Origin: Balamuthia mandrillaris
Taxonomy: Eukaryota
DNA: 64,000 bases
Assembly: GCA_031835245.2 (NCBI GenBank)
Contig: JAVKOQ020000038.1
Span: 186,001 to 250,000, forward strand
Direction of reading: 5' to 3'
The stretch's first letter is position 1, and every line of letters begins with the position of its first letter. Below the pieces are notes generated by a model. That model made no database searches, had not been told where the DNA came from, and saw nothing but the letters and a program-made list of their open reading frames with translations. This document shows, piece by piece, positions 43,692 through 54,168 of this stretch. Both the position numbers and the translations under genes were made by a program.

Positions 43692-44615
43692 TCACTTTGA
43701 GACAACCTCGCTTGTTCCATCTTCATTTCCAAAATAAGCTGTTTTACGTTTGTGTTGAATAGAATGAAAGCGATATAACCAAGAGAGAGGCAAGAGAACC
43801 ACGAGGGTAAGACAAAGACTAGAGGGATGCTAGAAACAAACAAAGAAGTGAAGAACGGAAAGCTGGGAAAGAAAACACCTACCAACAGAAGCCATGTCAA
43901 CAAACAACCCAGTCTCAACAACACCAGGCATCAGTTTGATCCGCTCATGGATGCCCTTCGGGTCCTCTATAAGCCCAAAGTCAACGTCAAGGATGAAGTT
44001 GCCATTGTCAGTGACGCAAGGGCCAGCCTTCCTTACGGCCATCCTCAGAGCTGCCTTTCCTCCGAGCTCCTCCTCCAGCCGCTTCTTGACTGGCACAAAG
44101 GCAGAAGGGATGACCTCCACAGGCACGCCTTTCTTCCATTTCTCACCCAACACTTTGCTTCGTTTGGTGGCATCCGCAACGACCACAAAGCGCTTAGCAT
44201 TGGCATCCACGATCTTTTCTTGCGTGTGACAGCCTGCACCAGAGTTACACAAACAACAGCTACAGAGTGAGTGTGGCTGAAATCAAAAAGTGTAGCAATA
44301 ATAACCTCCTCCTCCTTTTATCAACTGAAGGTTTGCGTCCACTTCGTCGGCACCGTCGATGGCCACGTCGATGACAGGATACTTGGCCAAGCTGCCCAGC
44401 ACGAGCCCTTCGCTCTGCTCGATGAGCTGCGTGGCTTGGAAGGAGGTCGGCAGGCAGATTATTTTGTTGGCCAAGCCAAGCTCCTTGACACGTTCATCCA
44501 ACCGCTGCACGGCGTAGACGATGGTGGAGCCGCTGCCTATCCCCAATACCATGCCTTCATGCAAAGAAAGGTCATCTATGGCTTGGTAGCCCGCTGCCTT
44601 CTTGCCTGCTTCCAT
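43692..44615 (-). CDS. RPIA: Ribose-5-phosphate isomerase A, 3 exons
   Basis: [65 protein letters not shown]; last exon [15 protein letters not shown]. Confidence 0.95.
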
Positions 44616-44838
44616 TCTTTCTTTCGTCTTTCTTTTTATAAAATTATTTTGGCTGTACACAATATTATTATTGGGTTTGGAAATAATTGACGATTATGAC
44701 CGCAAATTCTTAAACTATTTCATGGTATTGAAAAGTAACGATTGTATTTGCAAAAAAAGGTGAAAATTTCGAATATATTCGGAAATAAATGTATGCGACA
44801 TAACAGCGAAATGGGAAAAAAAAAAGAAGCGGGGGGCC

Positions 44839-46883
44839 TCAGAAGTGGGCGGATGCGGATTCTTGGCAGCACCTTGAAGCAAACTCAAGAGAGTCAACCA
44901 AGAACGAACTCCCGCTCAGCGTCGATTGCATAAACGAGGGCGAAGTTGCTGCCCCATCACCACCGCCACCTGTCCGTGGATAGATCCTCAACTGAGTGTT
45001 TGTTGTTGGGGAGAAGGACCTCTTTGCTTCCTCGCCATCAACAGAGAACGAGGGAGGGGAGGACGTTGTTGAAGGTCGTTGGGGCTGCTGTTGTTTGCAA
45101 AGTGCAGCAAAGAGGCGAATGCTTTGGTAGAGAAAGGGGTTTTGCTCCTCCACGCCGAGCAAGAACGGGGGAAGAGGACGGGAGGGCCGTTCCGCTCGTT
45201 GACTCTCGAAGAAGCGAAGCGGCTCCATCATATCGCATCGAACTTGTTGCTGAGGATCTTTGCTGTGGATAGAGCACCTTCTTCTTCGTTCTGAAAGATG
45301 TGCGACGGGAGAACGGCTATTTTGGTGGCGATGATTAAGGCAATGGTTAATGTGGTGAAGAACTGGGTCTTGCTCGAAGGCGGAGAGAGCAGCCCGGACG
45401 GCTGCTTCTTTGTCCCAGTCGGTTACCATCAAGGAATTTCTTTGCGATTTCTCCTCCGCTGCTGACAACTGGAAAGCATCTCTCTTCAACTTGTTTATTT
45501 CTTCCATCGCTCTTTTGATCTCTGGAGACGCCTCTTCGTCCTCTTCTTCGTCCTCTTCCTCATCCTCCTCTTGCCCCGAAGATTTGATGCCATCCGATGC
45601 TTCCTCCTCTTCTGCTTCTGCTTCTGCTTCTACTTCTGCTTCCTTCTCCTTGTGTTCCTCGTTCGGTTTTTCGGTTTTCTCTTCTGAGTCAAGCTCAACG
45701 CGTTCTGCTGGACTTTGGTCCAACTGGAAGTGGAAACTGTCCTGCACAGCAGCCAAGAGATCGTCTTGATAAAAGCGCTGCAAAACGTCATGCCAAGCAG
45801 CGATTACGCCCTTAACACGCCGCCGCTCCTTCCTCTTACTCGCCTTTGTCTTTTTCTTTTCCTGCTGCTGCTGTTGTACCCAAAACACGTTTCTGCGCTG
45901 CTCCTCCGAAAGATGATGCTGCAGCATCATTTGAACGAGCTCCTTTCCTTTTCGCACGTTTCTGCTCTCCCAAACAAAGGAATGACAGTCCCCAAGGTCG
46001 GAAAGCCCGAACAAGCCGGAGTGAAGAAGAACGCAGGAGGGAACAGTGCCATGGTCGAAAAGGAAGGAACAGGTCTTGTCTTCCGCTCTGCGATAGCAGA
46101 GGCACATGACGAGAGCCATCGCGAGGTTGGCTCCCGCCTCATCAGCGGCTATCACCAACCTTGACTGGTCTCCACCGTAGTCCTTGGCATGGGTCAAAAC
46201 CCAGAGATAGGCCTGACAGACGTCCAGAAGGGCATCGTAGAGGGTGTGAGGAGGGCTTAGGCGGTAGTTGATGGAAAAGACGACGAAAGGCCCGCTGTTC
46301 TTGGCGTTGGGGTCCGCCGCCCTGTCGCTTTGCTTGCTCCTTATATAAGGTCTATGGCTGAACCATTGAGCCGTTCTTTTTGGTTTGTTTGTTTTGTCAA
46401 AGTGAGAGGACAATAACTTTGGTTGTTGTTGTCAGGTATGTATGTATTTGTCTCTTTTCTATTGTTTTCCTTCTTTCTTTTGTTGTGCGTGGTGTGTTCT
46501 CGAAAAGCAAGGACAACAAACCTGTGGGTGAGGGTCTTGCTTCCACCACGAAACATGCCGCCATGGATGTAAAACATGACAGGAAAGGAGGCAGGGCCAG
46601 GTTGATGCTGAGGCGCAGGCGGCGTGTAGTACTGTCGAGGGATGTAGACGTCCAGCTGGTGGAAGCGAGAGGAGGAGCTCTCCTTGTAGGGAACGTCCGC
46701 CACCACGTTGGCGCGCGGTTTGGTCCAGGCCGCCTTTCTGTCCAGCAGCCCCAGCCTCAGGTCGTAGAGGAGCAGCGCCAAGGCTCGACGCAGCCACACG
46801 TAGCCATGCCAGAGGGTGGCCAGCACCAGCGCTGGAAACAGGTGCAACCAGATCACGCTCAGCCAACGGGAGGCTGGCGACAT
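44839..46883 (-). CDS. HSL-family alpha/beta hydrolase-fold protein with an N-terminal hydrophobic segment; nucleophile Ser replaced by Glu
   Basis: LDVYIP, FYIHGGMFRGGS, INYRLSP, YGGDQSRLVIAADEAGANLA (canonical GDSAG); long acidic insertion. Confidence 0.75.
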
Positions 46884-47472
46884 GATGACGGCAGTGGCCG
46901 CTAACCAGTTAGTAGTAGTAGTAGCAAAGTGGCCTTTTGTTTGTTTGGGTCTGTTCGTTTTCTTTGCTTTTGTGTCTCTGCGCCAGGGGCTGAAGAAGAA
47001 CTTAAAGAAGAAGAAGAGGTTAAACAAGCAGTGGGGTCGCTGCTATTTGACCTTCCGACAAAGTCTTGGCCGATAATAAGGCAACTCTGGGTGGCGGCCG
47101 GCGTTGCGCTACAACTTCCCCCTTCGGGAGGGGAAGGGGAAGGGAGGGCCAATGACAACCAGGCCCAAGCCTTCGCTTCGCCCTCGCCCTCCTCCCCCGC
47201 CGCCAAAAGCGGCGGCGACAGGAAGGGAGCACTGATCCTCTCCCTGTGAAATGTCCATCGCCCTTCCCTCGATTTGCCCTCTGTTTTGCTGCTACGCTTT
47301 TTGCGCGTGCTGCTGCCTTGCTGAACAAATACTGCTCTTTTGCTGCACCACCCCTGCACCCCCTCCAAACAAAAAAAAAAAAACGGGATGGCAAAGGGAA
47401 AGGAGGAGAGGAGGAAGAACGAAGCGAGACGAGATCAGAATGGGAGCAGTTGCTGAGCTTATTTTTTCTCGT

Positions 47473-49258
47473 TCAATGGATAGGAGTGGAGAGGTGTCGC
47501 TGTACAAGTTCGTAGACGGTAAAAGTAACGGCGCAAGAAGGGAGCACCCGAAGGAGGTTCGTTCCCATCCCCCGATAGAAGCTCAACCAGCCCTCCTCCT
47601 TTGGAATGCGAGCTATGACATCACGAAGGCTGTGATACTTGTCGTGGTCCGTGTGGTGCTGGTGTTGGAAGCGAGCGCGGACGACTTCATGTGGGTAGGC
47701 TGCCACGCTTGCCACCACCTTTGCTCCAGATGAAGCTGCCACCAATTCCAGCCAGTTCAATTCCTCTGTTGAGAAGAGAGATCAACAGAGAAGCAGGGAT
47801 AAAGAGAAGAGAGAGAGAGAGAGAGAGAGAGCGCGAGAGAAGAGAGAAAAGAGAGATCAACAGAGAAGCAGGGATAAAGAGAGAGAAGAGAGAAGAGAAG
47901 AGGACGGACCTTCCCCTTTCCGTTGCCTAAGATACAGTTTGAGTTTTTCGTAAAGAGGGAACTGTACAGCGACATGGAGCACTCCCACTATCTGTGGGCT
48001 CAGACCATGCCACAACGCCAACACGCCTTCTCCTCGAACTATCTTTCGAAAGGCATGCCATATGCCTCTATAGATGATCCGTCCTCTCATTTCTTGTGTC
48101 TGTTATGCATTCATGGTTTTACTCAAAGAATTATTTTTTGTACTACGGAGTCTGTATTTGTTTTTGCTTGTGTTTGTGTTGAGTTTGTTGAAGTAAAGAT
48201 TTTATACATACCTGCAGTCGTGTCTTGATCAACCAAAGTGGATTAACAAAGATGTCCGTTGTGATGCCAGCCATCACAGCAGATATCATATGTGTTTTTG
48301 CATTTTCTTCGTAACCTGCAAATACAAAACGTTGGTAAACGTTTATGAAAAAAATCAAAGTTGTGTTACACAAGAGAAAGGCATCATACCAAAACCCTCC
48401 GTCAACAACCGTTTACTCTCAGAATAAGTAGCAAAGTAAATGGCCCAGTTTGGTACTAACGCCTACCAAAGTAAATAATAGGAGACGAGGAAATAGAAGG
48501 AGAGAAGAGAAAGAAAGAAGCACAAGAAGAACAACACAAAGAACAAGAATAAGAACATTATTGCGGAAAAAAAATGGAAGGAATGAAAATGTACCAGCAT
48601 GGTGGTACCAGCACCGTGATAAAAGCCTCTAAGGCCTTCTCTGTGCCAAGTGGCACGGAGAGTTCCTGAAAATGTTGAGACGCCATTGAACGCTGGACCC
48701 ATGGTAGCACTTGCACGTTGCACTTGCAATCGTGTTTTAATAACATCTCTGAAAAAGAAAACTGTATAAGAAAAGATTACAGTACATGCTTTTCAACAGA
48801 ACACCACTACAATAAAGAAAGCAGGAAAATACTCACAGAAAAGAAAGAAACGAGGAGAGAACAAACAATAAAACGAGAAGCGGAAAGCACGGACATGAAA
48901 TGAGAAAAAAAAAGATCGTAGCAACAAAATAAACAAAAGCGTACAGAGGACAAGTAATGATCGTAGCAGCAGCTCCAGCGACAGCGCCTGACATAACATG
49001 CGTAAGATGTGGGTACCACCTGCACCACAAAAGCAATACGTAGTCGCAGTGAGTTGACTGAAACAAAACAGGAGAGGGAGAGAAGCGCGAGGTGGCTGGT
49101 GCAAATCACACCAAAAACAAAAATGAAAAGATTTTTTGTTGTTACCGGTTATTTTGCATCTGTCGCAGCCAACTATGGTTTGTTGGGGTGAGAGCTAAAC
49201 AGGAAGAAGCAGGCGCTGGGGCAGGCAACAACGTCGGCGTCGTTGTGCTCTTTTGCAT
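47473..49258 (-). CDS. Mitochondrial carrier (SLC25; NAD+/folate-FAD transporter-like), multi-exon
   Basis: Three carrier repeats: CPL|DVIKTRLQ, NPLWLIKTRLQ, YPHEVVRARFQ; also EGLRGFYHG, HVAVQFPLYEKLK. Start uncertain (49258 or 49159). Confidence 0.88.
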
Positions 49259-50117
49259 TTTTTTGTTAAAAAAAAAAAGCGGAAAAAGTGGAAGAAGCTG
49301 AAGAAGTTGATGAAGGAGCGAGGAGAAGCAGCAGGGATAGAACCAAACAAAAAAAAAGGGTAGCGCCCAGATGAAAAGAAAAGGGTGGTAGCAGCAGCAA
49401 AAGCTCCCCTCCCTGCTACTTCTTTTTAGTCCTTTTTTTCGCTCGAGGCCACAATACCAAATTGAAGTTGACGTTGACGCACAACGAACGGACCAAAATA
49501 AAAACAAAACACAAAAATGCCTCCCCTTCCTTGCTTGGTTGGGTTAAAAAGCTCTCTAACTTTGACTTGCTCTTGGGTCGCCCTGTTTTTGTGAATGGAA
49601 TGTTCTGCTCTGCCAGCACTTTTTCTCTACTGTTGCTCCGTAGATTTTGTCCATTACAAGCGTAAATGCAGGGGCCACCGCTGCGTCCGGTTCTTGGAAA
49701 ATATCTGTCCTATCGCGAGATAAGATTTCGACAGCTATATACTGTAGACATATTTTTGCCCGTTGTATTCCTGGAGAATTCTGCGCGTCAATATGATGAA
49801 AAGACAACAAAACAGCTGTAATTGTTTACACGTGAACCCTGGGTTTTATTGTTTGTGTGTGTTGGTCCGCCCAATGGTTTGCTGTTTCGTGGCGTTGAGT
49901 GCCTTCTTCTTTGCTTAATTTGAACGTGTTTATTCGCGTCTAATTCCCCGCTGTTTCTGCTTTCGTCTGTTGAGTTGGTTTTCGTATGTTCCACCATAGT
50001 TTTCCTTTGCCAGCATCTCTCCACAGCATCGTTCTTCAGGTCATGAGCGTTAATTCCTATTTTCCCAATTGCTTTAACAATGCCCACTCACCTATCCCTC
50101 ACAGCAACGATACGCCT

Positions 50118-50260
50118 CTTCACAAAGATAACGTCCCAATAGCGTGAGGGAAGAGAACAAAGTTCCTCACGCTCCTGCTCCTCCCCTGTTGGGGTTCCCA
50201 CCACGGCTGTGGACATAGACCCTGGAGTGCGAACCTTTTTGCCGGCGGAGAACAAAGAGT
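50118..50260 (+). pseudogene. Decayed Fanzor/TnpB fragment (RuvC-I region)
   Basis: VDIDPGVRTFL at 50209-50241 matches VALDPGVRTFL of the intact Fanzor. Upstream LHKDN-VPI in another frame echoes LHKDK...VPI. Confidence 0.5.
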
Positions 50261-50484
50261 CGTGGAGCCCCTCAGCGGGGGGGGCACAGAAGCTGAACAG
50301 CTTCATTTATGCTGTGGTGCATATGTGCAAGATTGGCAAAATATGCAGGGTAAATGCAGGCGATGTTCAGATTGGACCATTGGACAAGAATGGTGAATGA
50401 AAGAGAGGAGGTAGAAGAGTGTAAAAGATCAAGGCTTCTAAAAAATACAGTTGTTTAAACAGAGGTAACATACAAAATGAAAAC

Positions 50485-51588
50485 TCACTCGCTCAACTTG
50501 TGGACAGGGGTTGGAAGCTCAGAGACGCTCACCCAAGTTATGCAGTAGGAATCGCCGCCCCAACAAAGGGTTGGGTAGAGATCCTCCTGCCCTTCTTCCA
50601 AAACGCTTTTTCGTACTAGCCTATCGTCACAGTAGAGGTCGGTGATCTGCTTCCCGTTCTTGAACCAAGCTATTGCTCCTTCGCGAAGGTCAACGTACAC
50701 ACCTACCCTATCTTTGAGGCCGAAGCGTATGTCATTCAGGTGTTTACCTGTTTCATTGTTGAGGTAGAGTGTACCTACGAAGAAAATAAGAAGGTTAGTA
50801 GGAAGAATACGGAACAAACGACGGAACAGGGATTCAAACCATGGCAATGCAAACCCCAACAGGGCATCTGGGGAATGGTCTTATTGCCAATGGGAGATTG
50901 GAGAGTGGTGATGCGTTGCGGGGCGATGCCCACAAAGATGCTGCTCCCGCCAAACTTCTCAAAAAGCAGCTCAAAGTACTGTTTGCAGTTGCGACGGAGA
51001 GGGATGGTAGCGGTGGAGTTGACCCACTGGCTGGCGGACGACACGGGACCTCTTCTCGCACTAAGGTTGTGGTTCGAGACGATAATGTTTTGAGAGCTGT
51101 CCCATTGCCATCGCAGTTGCGCTGTTTGGAGGCAGTTATTTTTTTAAGAAACAGAAAGAAAAAACAAAAAGGGTAGCAAGAATGGACATACGTGTGACGT
51201 AGCCCAAGACGGCCACTACAAGTTCCGGAGGCAATTTGGAGAAAGGGCAGTCGGGCTCTCGCAAATGGCCAAAGAGGATCAAAGCCTTGGCGGCGTTGGC
51301 ATCGTGTGGGAGCCACGGTTTGTCCACATCTGACGAAGCGGTACCCCCAGGTGCTGTTGCAGTACCGGCAAACTGTTGTACCTTGCGGATCACTTTGGTG
51401 GCAGCAGAGCTAACCACCGGCGACGGAGGTGCACTTGCGTTCTCGCAAACTGTCATGGTCGTCGCTGTCGGCGTTGTCGTGGTGGTGGTCGTTGAGGTTG
51501 GCGTCGTGCTTGCTACCGTTTTGGTTGCAAGCGGTGGTGCGCTTTGTTTCTTTGTTCTGGCTTTGGGAGCGGAAGAAGAAACGCCCAT
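50485..51588 (-). CDS. SPRY/B30.2-domain protein with an MGxxxS myristoylation-like start and an F-box-like motif, 3 exons
   Basis: MGVSSS; FSKLPPELVVAVLGYV; QYFELLF...IFVGIA, FGLKDRVGVYVDLREGAIAWFKNGK, LYPTL. Confidence 0.75.
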
Positions 51589-51971
51589 TTTAGGACATCA
51601 AAAATAAAAAAAAAGCGTCTGGTTCCCTCCTCCTCCGCCTCCTCCTCCTCCTCCTCTTCCTCCGCTATTCGGCTGCGCGCAAATGAAAGTTGACAAGCTT
51701 GACAGCGGACGGGCCGTCAAACATACATTTACAACTGGTCTTTCGCTTCTCCCCTTTCTTCTTCTTCTTCTTCTAGATCTCTGCGAAGGCCCCCTCCCTC
51801 TCTCTCGTTTGGTGTCCGTCTTTTATTTCTTCCTTGCCGTTATTGTTGTCGGGTGGGCAACTTTTGTCGGCAAGATCCTGTCGTGACGTCCTTAGAACAA
51901 GTAAAGAATGGACAGCAAAAAAGTTAGAGATGATGGGCAGGTAAGTGAAATTTCGTTTTTCTGTTTTATTT

Positions 51972-52098
51972 CCCGAATTACAACACGACCCCTGTGGGTT
52001 CCTTCGGAGTTTTCACGGTCCGTGACACCAAATGCTTGGTTGTCGGGGCCGTGTGGAAACTATTTAAGCGACCGCTCCGTTCTTTCCAGTCGTATCCC
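51972..52098 (-). ncRNA. Candidate omegaRNA (Fanzor guide scaffold); 5' end and strand not certain
   Basis: Multi-branch fold: 10-bp stem 51983-51992/52045-52054 (its single mismatch is G.U on the minus strand) encloses hairpins 52013-52025 and 52027-52040. A 5-bp CCGAA/TTCGG pseudoknot links 52003-52007 to the terminus 51973-51977. Confidence 0.5.
52061..52067 (+). promoter_or_regulatory. TATA-like box (TATTTAA) upstream of tnpA
   Basis: The only AT-rich heptamer in a GC-rich stretch, about 45 nt before ATG 52110. Confidence 0.4.
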
Positions 52099-52109
52099 CC
52101 AGTCCCTAC

Positions 52110-53024
52110 ATGTCACAAACCACCACCATTGACGCTACCACTACCATTACCCCACGACTCAGAGAACCCACCGAAGATCTGCACTACGTCGCCCCCACGA
52201 AGCTGATCAAACGCTATGGCGTCTCCCTCAGCGGGCTGGCCAAGTGGCACACGGAGGGCAAGGTGGCGGCCCTCCGCACCCCAAGCGGGCACCGCCGCTA
52301 CGCGGCAGAGCACGTTAGAGAGCTTCTTGGCCTCCCCGCCGCGGTCCCAGAACCCGAGGCCACCGAAAAGATCAAGGCCATCTACTGTCGAGTCTCCAGT
52401 CACGGACAACGAGAGCACCTCAAGCATCAAGTTGAGCGTATGCGAGAAGCCTACCCGAGGCACAAGGTCTACAGCGACATCGGCTCGGGCATCAACTGGA
52501 AGCGCAAGGACTTTGTCGCCCTTCTGGAGCGAGTCCTTGCTGGACATGTCGAGGAGGTTGTGGTTGCCCACCGAGACCGCCTCTGTCGGATCGCCTATGA
52601 GCTCGTCGAGCACATCTTCCGTAGGTGCGGAACCCGTCTCCTGGTGCACCGTCCGGACGACGAGGACGACGACGAGGCCGAACCAAGCAACGTCCTCGCC
52701 GAGGACCTCCTCTCCCTCGTTACCGTCTTTGTCTGTAGACACCACGGTCAAAGACGATATACAGCTGGCCAAGGAGGCAGCTCGAGCACGTCAAAGAGGC
52801 CGAGGCAAACCGAAAAGGGCGACAGAGGAGGATCCAAACGACGACGAAGAGGAGGAGGAAGATCCGACGCTGTTCAAGACGAGAAAGATACGTCTGAGGC
52901 CCACCAAGAAACAAGCCCGGATCCTCAACCGCTGGTTCGGAGGGGCGAGGAAAGTCTGGAACACCACTCTTCGAGACTGCAAGACAACGGAGAAAGAAGA
53001 AGAGGAGGAAAAGAAGAGGAGTAG
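52110..53024 (+). CDS. tnpA: IS607 TnpA: MerR-like HTH plus serine resolvase, with a basic C-terminal extension
   Basis: YGVSLSGLAKW...RTPSGHRRY (HTH); AIYCRVSS (Ser96, 52395-52397); SDIGSGINWKRK; VVVAHRDRLCR; LAEDLLSLVTVF...HGQRRY. Confidence 0.93.
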   Translation: MSQTTTIDATTTITPRLREPTEDLHYVAPTKLIKRYGVSLSGLAKWHTEGKVAALRTPSGHRRYAAEHVRELLGLPAAVPEPEATEKIKAIYCRVSSHGQREHLKHQVERMREAYPRHKVYSDIGSGINWKRKDFVALLERVLAGHVEEVVVAHRDRLCRIAYELVEHIFRRCGTRLLVHRPDDEDDDEAEPSNVLAEDLLSLVTVFVCRHHGQRRYTAGQGGSSSTSKRPRQTEKGDRGGSKRRRRGGGRSDAVQDEKDTSEAHQETSPDPQPLVRRGEESLEHHSSRLQDNGERRRGGKEEE

Positions 53025-54168
53025 AGTGGCGTGGAAGCTGAGTCGGATGCAGGGCGTCTGCGTGGTTAAACCTAGAATCATATTCGATTACTTGGAAGAC
53101 GTCCCCTACTCCATCAAGCACGAGGCGGTAAAGCAGCTCCACGGCAATTACCTCACCTGCTGGACGCTCAAGAAGCAGGGTCATATCCGACGCTTCTCCA
53201 TCAAGTACAAGCGCAAAAAGGACCACCGCACCGAGTCCATCAAGATCCTCGGACATTACGTCCACTGGTGGAAGGGCTTCGTCTACCCTGACGAGCTCCA
53301 TGTGAACAAGCGTTGGAAAGAAGCCAATGAAACCCGCAAGAGGACACCCAGACGACGGCGGTTGCCGAATCCCCACGTTAAGCACATAGACCCCATGTTC
53401 GACCCTGTAGCGTACGCTTTAGAAGGCCTGGAGTTGGACGACAAGGGCCGACTGAGACGAACCTGCACACTGCACAAGGACAAGCGTCAACATTTTTGGC
53501 TCTGCGTGCCGATCCCAATCCAACATCATGAACGGGCTCCTGATAACCAAGGGAGCATCGTGGCCTTGGATCCAGGGGTTCGCACCTTTCTGTGTGGATA
53601 TAGTCCTACCGAGAGAACGGTGAGGGAGTTTGGACGCAACGACTTTGGTCGCATCTGGCGCCTCGGAAAGCATGCCGACGCCCTGCAGTCCAAAATCGAC
53701 CGCTCCCCACCGAGCCGCCGCAAGAGAAAACTTCGCGCTCTGCTCAAACTGAGAAAGAGGGTCACCAACCTGGTCGATGACTTTCACCGCAAGACGGCCC
53801 TCTTCCTGTGCCGCCGCTACGACCACATCATCATCCCTCCCTTTGGTGTGAAGGGCATTACGGCCACCCGAGGGAGGCGACGGAGGAAGATCGGCAAAAA
53901 GACCGCCAGGATGCTCTATTCCTGGGGACATTACCGATTCCGCCAGTGGTTGCTGCACAAGGCGAGGGAATGGGGCACCAAGGTCTACATTCGTTCGGAG
54001 GCCTGGACCAGCAAGACTTGCACCTGGTGCCTCCATGTGACTCACGAACAGAAGCAACACAACCGGCGTGAGCGAATCTTCGAGTGCGGACGCAGGGACT
54101 GTGGGATACGACTGGATCGAGATATAAATGGAGCTCGCAACATACTCCTTAGGAGCCTCTGTTGTTAA
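52216..54168 (+). CDS. tnpB: Fanzor2 / IS607 TnpB RNA-guided endonuclease
   Basis: KIRLRPTKKQARILNRWFGGARKVWN (OrfB HTH); RuvC-I ALDPGVRTF (D452); IIIPPF (P541 at the canonical Glu position); SEAWTSKTC (E595); zinc finger CTWC...CGRRDC; RuvC-III DRDINGARNI (D636). Confidence 0.93.
   Translation: MASPSAGWPSGTRRARWRPSAPQAGTAATRQSTLESFLASPPRSQNPRPPKRSRPSTVESPVTDNESTSSIKLSVCEKPTRGTRSTATSARASTGSARTLSPFWSESLLDMSRRLWLPTETASVGSPMSSSSTSSVGAEPVSWCTVRTTRTTTRPNQATSSPRTSSPSLPSLSVDTTVKDDIQLAKEAARARQRGRGKPKRATEEDPNDDEEEEEDPTLFKTRKIRLRPTKKQARILNRWFGGARKVWNTTLRDCKTTEKEEEEEKKRSRVAWKLSRMQGVCVVKPRIIFDYLEDVPYSIKHEAVKQLHGNYLTCWTLKKQGHIRRFSIKYKRKKDHRTESIKILGHYVHWWKGFVYPDELHVNKRWKEANETRKRTPRRRRLPNPHVKHIDPMFDPVAYALEGLELDDKGRLRRTCTLHKDKRQHFWLCVPIPIQHHERAPDNQGSIVALDPGVRTFLCGYSPTERTVREFGRNDFGRIWRLGKHADALQSKIDRSPPSRRKRKLRALLKLRKRVTNLVDDFHRKTALFLCRRYDHIIIPPFGVKGITATRGRRRRKIGKKTARMLYSWGHYRFRQWLLHKAREWGTKVYIRSEAWTSKTCTWCLHVTHEQKQHNRRERIFECGRRDCGIRLDRDINGARNILLRSLCC

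Noticed and set aside
47774..47882. 34-bp direct repeat pair
   Set aside because: Only two copies within an intron next to a GA tract; local slippage duplication.
52113..54060. Minus-strand ORFs of 200+ aa inside the transposon
   Set aside because: Shadow frames of GC-rich tnpA/Fanzor with no motifs.
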